A stretch of DNA of 64,000 bases. It comes from Candidatus Kapaibacterium sp. (GTDB taxonomy: Bacteria > Bacteroidota > Ignavibacteria > Palsa-1295). Made by a program: the position numbers and the translations under genes. Each line of letters begins with the position of its first letter. The stretch's first letter is position 1. The notes under the pieces are model-generated. The model saw nothing but the letters and a program-made list of their open reading frames with translations. It did not search any database and was not told where the DNA came from. The stretch is taken from positions 43,529 through 107,528 of the forward strand of contig JADGPZ010000001.1 in NCBI GenBank assembly GCA_017882165.1, in the 5' to 3' direction. Below are positions 60,157 through 64,000 of the stretch, in pieces.

Positions 60157-60942
60157 TTAGAAAAAAATCTTCCAGAGCATAACGTCCAGCACGAGGATCA
60201 TCGCGCTCGAGAGCACAAACGAGCGGATCGTCGCATTCCCGACGCCCTCCGCGCCGCCCGAGGCGTTCATCCCGACGTGCACGCCGATGAACGCCGTCGC
60301 ACCGCCAAAGAACAGCGCCTTGACGAGGCCGATCACAATATCCTTGACCTGAAAGAACCGCTGGACCGATTCGAAAAACATTTTCGAAGAAATATCGAGG
60401 AATAGGTTGCTGACGATGTAGGCACCGCCGAGCGCGATCGCGTTCGCGAAGATGACGAGCAGGGGCATCATGATGACCGCCGCGACGATGCGCGGCAGCG
60501 CCAGATAGCGCGCGGGACTGATCGCCAAGCTTTCGAGCGCGTCGATCTGCTCGGTCACGCGCATCGTGCCGATTTCGGCCGCGATCGATGCGCCCACGCG
60601 GCCCGCGATGACGATCGCCGTCAGCACCGGACCAAGCTCGAGGAAGATCGCGCGGCTAACCGCAGCGCCGAGCAAGCTATACGGAATCAGCCCTTTGAAT
60701 TGATACGCGGCTTGCCACGCGCTGACCATCCCCGTGAAAAATCCGATGACGAAGACGAGCGGCAGCGAGTCCGCGCCGATGTGCGCCATCTGATCGAGCA
60801 GCAGGCGCCGGTCGCGCGGAATCCGGCGCGTGTAGCTGGCCGCGCGCCAGAGCAGCATCGCGGCCTGCCCGAACTCCGCCACAAAGCGGCGTATCAAGCC
60901 ACCGAGGCGGCCAACGGTTCGGAGGGTGAAAGAGCGTGACAT
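60157..60942 (-). CDS. mlaE: ABC transporter permease MlaE
   Basis: MlaE family conservation (TEQIDALESLAISP...). Confidence 0.88.
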   Translation of the reverse strand: MSRSFTLRTVGRLGGLIRRFVAEFGQAAMLLWRAASYTRRIPRDRRLLLDQMAHIGADSLPLVFVIGFFTGMVSAWQAAYQFKGLIPYSLLGAAVSRAIFLELGPVLTAIVIAGRVGASIAAEIGTMRVTEQIDALESLAISPARYLALPRIVAAVIMMPLLVIFANAIALGGAYIVSNLFLDISSKMFFESVQRFFQVKDIVIGLVKALFFGGATAFIGVHVGMNASGGAEGVGNATIRSFVLSSAMILVLDVMLWKIFF

Positions 60943-60980
60943 AGCAACCTATCTAACGAACGCCGGGCGAAAGAGGTTGT

Positions 60981-60990
60981 GGGGGGGGGG
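60981..60990. repeat. G10 homopolymeric tract in divergent intergenic region
   Basis: Ten consecutive G read directly. Confidence 0.9.
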
Positions 60991-61059
60991 CGACAGCCCC
61001 AGAGCGGTGAACATCCCCCGAATGAGTGGACGGTTATAACCGCTCGTAGATTTGCAGGG

Positions 61060-61355
61060 AAAATGATTATGACAATGAAGAGATCAGCGATGGATCATTC
61101 GACCGGAGTTGCTTCTGGATGGCTCGGAGAGTTCGTCGTCAGTTCGATGAGCCATTTAAACGGGCGGTGGTCGAGCAGGTGGAATGTCTGGGTCGCAGCC
61201 GGTCATCGGTTGCCCGGAATTTCGAGTTAGACCCGAAGGTGCTTCGCCGATGGCTCCGGGAGTATGCGAATCCGCAGCATATCCACTCGGCGCTGAACTA
61301 TCAAACGCCCATCGAGTGGGAATGGCACCGAACACGAAACAGCAATTCGAAATAG
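61060..61355 (+). mobile_element. degenerate IS3-family remnant (frameshifted OrfA HTH fused to the extreme C-terminus of OrfB)
   Basis: MKRS... then frameshift to RRQFDEPFKRAVVEQVECLGRSRSSVARNFELDPKVLRRWLREY (IS3 OrfA) followed directly by HSALNYQTPIEWEW (IS3 integrase C-terminus). Confidence 0.55.
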
Positions 61356-61530
61356 GGTTACCGCTGCCCGCCAAATCAGGGGAAGGTCCGCGCCGAAGAT
61401 GCCGGAGCAGTGGATGCCCCCTTTCCTCGTGTGGCGAGTCCGGCAGGTTGTTTCCGGGCTGGAGATGGTGGGCACAGAATTTGCATGATGCGAACGCAGT
61501 GTACTTTGTAATTAACTCAAAGGCCAAATT

Positions 61531-61917
61531 ATGGGATCACACGCAAACCTGTTGGTCGGGTGTCTTTGGATTTTGTTATCCTTTGTTTCGGGCTTGTTTT
61601 TGGGCCTGAACTTCCACAAGGAGGATTGGCTCGGGGGCTATGGAAGTTTCCGGCGGCGGCTTTACCGGCTGGCCCACATTTCGTTTTTTGGGCTTGGCAC
61701 CGTTAATTGCCTTTATTACCTCATTGCTGAGCGCATCCCGTTCGGTGTGGTGAGCGCTCAGATCGCAAGCTGGGGCTTCATCGTGGGCGCGGTAACGATG
61801 CCAATTTGCTGTTATGCCATGGCGCATAACCGGAAGCTCACTGGGATTTTCGCAGTGCCAGTGCTCAGTCTCGTCACTGCCGGTATCGTTACACTCGTGG
61901 AGGTAAGCGCATTATGA
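61531..61917 (+). CDS. hypothetical 4-TM membrane protein, translationally coupled to radical SAM gene
   Basis: Four hydrophobic helices; 4-nt overlap with downstream gene. Confidence 0.5.
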   Translation: MGSHANLLVGCLWILLSFVSGLFLGLNFHKEDWLGGYGSFRRRLYRLAHISFFGLGTVNCLYYLIAERIPFGVVSAQIASWGFIVGAVTMPICCYAMAHNRKLTGIFAVPVLSLVTAGIVTLVEVSAL

Positions 61918-63242
61918 AAATTGGAATGATCGCCATGAGCGGCGTCCGCGCTCATAACGAAGAACTGACGAAGCTTGGACTCACGCTTCCGGGATTCGTG
62001 GACCGGAATAAGATCATCGCGTCGATGCCGAGCCTCTCGCTGCTCACGCTGGCAGCCTTGACGCCCAAGCCGCATGTATCCGATTATCAGGAGATTGCAG
62101 ATCTGAAGCTGCTTCCGGAATTGCCGGTGGATTACGATCTTGTCGCGATCACGACATTCTCGGCACAGATCTTCGAAGCGTACGAAGTCGCCGATTATTA
62201 TCGCGCGCGAAATATTCCGGTCGTGATGGGCGGCCTGCATGTGACGTCAGTCCCTGAAGAAGCGAAAGCGCATTGCGACGCTGTGGTGATCGGCGAGGGT
62301 GAATTGGTGTGGCCCATGCTCGTCCGTGATTTCGAGCGAGGACACTTGCAGCCATACTATCGCAGCACTACGGAGTTCGACCTCAAGGATGCACCGGTTC
62401 CGCGATACGAATTATTAGATCCAAGTAAGTACAATCGGCTGACCGTCCAGACGAGTCGTGGTTGTCCGCACAAATGTGAGTTCTGTGCGAGTTCAATTCT
62501 GCTGACGAAGAAGTATAAGGTCAAACCGGTGCAGAACGTGATGGATGAGATTCATGCGATCAAAGCAGTCTGGCCGCGCCCGTTCATTGAATTCGCTGAC
62601 GACAACAGCTTCGTGAAGAAGGATCACTATAAACAGCTCCTCCGAGCGATGGTCCCTGAGAAGCTCCACTGGTTTACCGAAGCAGATGTCAGTGTGGCAG
62701 AGGATGCCGAGTTGCTTGGTCTTCTGCGCGACTCCGGTTGCCAGCAAGTTCTCATCGGACTCGAAAGTCCGCGACAAGCCAGCATCACCGGACTCGAACT
62801 GAACGCCGATTGGAAAGCAAAGCGGCAGGACACGTATCGTGCGGCGATCGAGAAGATCCAGTCATACGGCGTGACCGTCAATGGCTGCTTTATTTTGGGA
62901 CTCGATGGCGATACTCCGGAAGTCTTTGATGAAGTCATACACTTCGTGAAGGACTCTGGCCTCTATGAGGTGCAGATTACCTTTATGACCGCCTTCCCCA
63001 ACACTCCGCTGTACCACCGATTGAAGCAGGAGGGTCGCGTGATCAAAGAGAACGCATGGGACATGTGTACGCTGTTCGATATCAATCTTGTGCCCCAGAA
63101 CATGAGCGTTTCAGAGCTTCAACAAGGCTTCCTCCGGCTCGCGCACGAACTCTACTCCAGTGAGGAGACCACGCGACGCCGGAGCGGCTTCAAGGCGATG
63201 TTGCGCGACTCACCGAATTTTGGATGGCATGCGAATGCCTAA
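61914..63242 (+). CDS. B12-binding-domain radical SAM protein (class B rSAM)
   Basis: N-terminal cobalamin-binding-like domain, rSAM cluster motif CPHKCEFC. Confidence 0.85.
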   Translation: MKIGMIAMSGVRAHNEELTKLGLTLPGFVDRNKIIASMPSLSLLTLAALTPKPHVSDYQEIADLKLLPELPVDYDLVAITTFSAQIFEAYEVADYYRARNIPVVMGGLHVTSVPEEAKAHCDAVVIGEGELVWPMLVRDFERGHLQPYYRSTTEFDLKDAPVPRYELLDPSKYNRLTVQTSRGCPHKCEFCASSILLTKKYKVKPVQNVMDEIHAIKAVWPRPFIEFADDNSFVKKDHYKQLLRAMVPEKLHWFTEADVSVAEDAELLGLLRDSGCQQVLIGLESPRQASITGLELNADWKAKRQDTYRAAIEKIQSYGVTVNGCFILGLDGDTPEVFDEVIHFVKDSGLYEVQITFMTAFPNTPLYHRLKQEGRVIKENAWDMCTLFDINLVPQNMSVSELQQGFLRLAHELYSSEETTRRRSGFKAMLRDSPNFGWHANA

Positions 63243-63910
63243 CTTCCGCTCCCTGCAACGCGCCGCATTTCCCGGATCGTCCCGACCGGATCGTCCGAGC
63301 CGAAGATGCCGGAGCCGGAGACGATGACATCCACCCCGGCGGCGTGGACGCGCGCGATGTTGTCCAGCTTGATGCCGCCATCGGCTTCGATGAGGCACTC
63401 AAGATTATCGCGGCGAATCCAGGAGCGGAGCGTTTCGGCGCGGCGGTAGAGCGTCGGGATAAACGACTGTCCGCCAAAGCCGGGGTTCACGCTCATGAGC
63501 AGGACCATATCGAGTTCCGGCAGAATTTCTTCGATGGCCCCGAGCGTCGTCGCGGGATTCAGCGCAACGCCGGCTTTCACGCCGAGCGACTTGATATGCT
63601 GGATGGTGCGGTTCAGGTGCGGGCACGTCTCGACATGCACCGTGACAACATCCGCGCCGGCGTTCACGAATTGCGGAATGTACTGATCGGGGTTCTCGAT
63701 CATCAGATGACAATCAAGCACGAGCCGTGTGAGCGGACGCAACGCTTCGACGATCAGCGGACCGACTGTGATATTTGGCACGAAGTGGCCGTCCATCACA
63801 TCAACATGCAGCCACTCGGCTCCGCCCTCTTCCGCGATGCGGACGGCCGACTCCAGACGCGCGAAGTCGGCACTGAGCAGCGAGGGGGCGATGATGGCGG
63901 TGCGAGCCAA
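63239..63910 (-). CDS. rpe: ribulose-phosphate 3-epimerase
   Basis: IAPSLLSADF, HVDVMDGHFVPN, MSVNPGFGGQ, GIFGSDDP motifs. Confidence 0.93.
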   Translation of the reverse strand: MARTAIIAPSLLSADFARLESAVRIAEEGGAEWLHVDVMDGHFVPNITVGPLIVEALRPLTRLVLDCHLMIENPDQYIPQFVNAGADVVTVHVETCPHLNRTIQHIKSLGVKAGVALNPATTLGAIEEILPELDMVLLMSVNPGFGGQSFIPTLYRRAETLRSWIRRDNLECLIEADGGIKLDNIARVHAAGVDVIVSGSGIFGSDDPVGTIREMRRVAGSGS

Positions 63911-64000
63911 ATTAGTGCGCTTTTGCCGGAGCGGCCGGTCTAGCCTGCGAGTCGTCCTCTGATAAGTCGATCATCGTGCCATCGAATTTGGCCTTTTGCA

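Overview
This is a high-GC (roughly 60% by eye) chromosomal window that appears to be a Bacteroidota/Chlorobi-type (FCB group) bacterium. The taxon is inferred from five secreted proteins ending in type IX secretion (T9SS) C-terminal sorting domains, an LDH-type malate dehydrogenase, a ~60-aa histone H1-like protein, ThyX, and weak or absent Shine-Dalgarno signals. Most of the window is densely packed housekeeping genes: rarA, adk, ftsY, mutL, mdh, an ECF sigma/anti-sigma pair, rodA, uvrA, lpxB/lpxK, a thiolase, folB/folK, a deoxynucleoside kinase, nth, thyX, mlaFE and rpe. Superimposed on this backbone are accessory features that the ORF track alone does not explain. First, there are three type II toxin-antitoxin cassettes, and two of them are flanked by diverged ~50-80 bp duplicates of the adjacent host-gene terminus (the lpxB 5-prime end and the mlaD 3-prime end). 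Second, a ~3.9 kb low-GC island at 44155..48095 holds a HigB-2-like toxin, a truncated rhuM gene bracketed by 52-56 bp direct repeats, a minimal class III nucleotidyl-cyclase-like gene with a co-transcribed unknown helical partner, and a RelBE-like pair. The cyclase-like pair is the best candidate for an undescribed signalling/defence system. Third, a ~105 bp MITE-like long-hairpin repeat occurs in two copies. Fourth, a dispersed family of GGATGA..TCATCC-core palindromes forms hairpin clusters in intergenic regions. The window also contains an IS3-family remnant beside a G10 homopolymer tract, and a rubrerythrin gene translationally coupled to an HdrD/GlpC-like Fe-S protein. No rRNA, tRNA or CRISPR array was found. 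All functional calls rest on motif recognition by eye from the translated ORFs and need HMM or BLAST confirmation.
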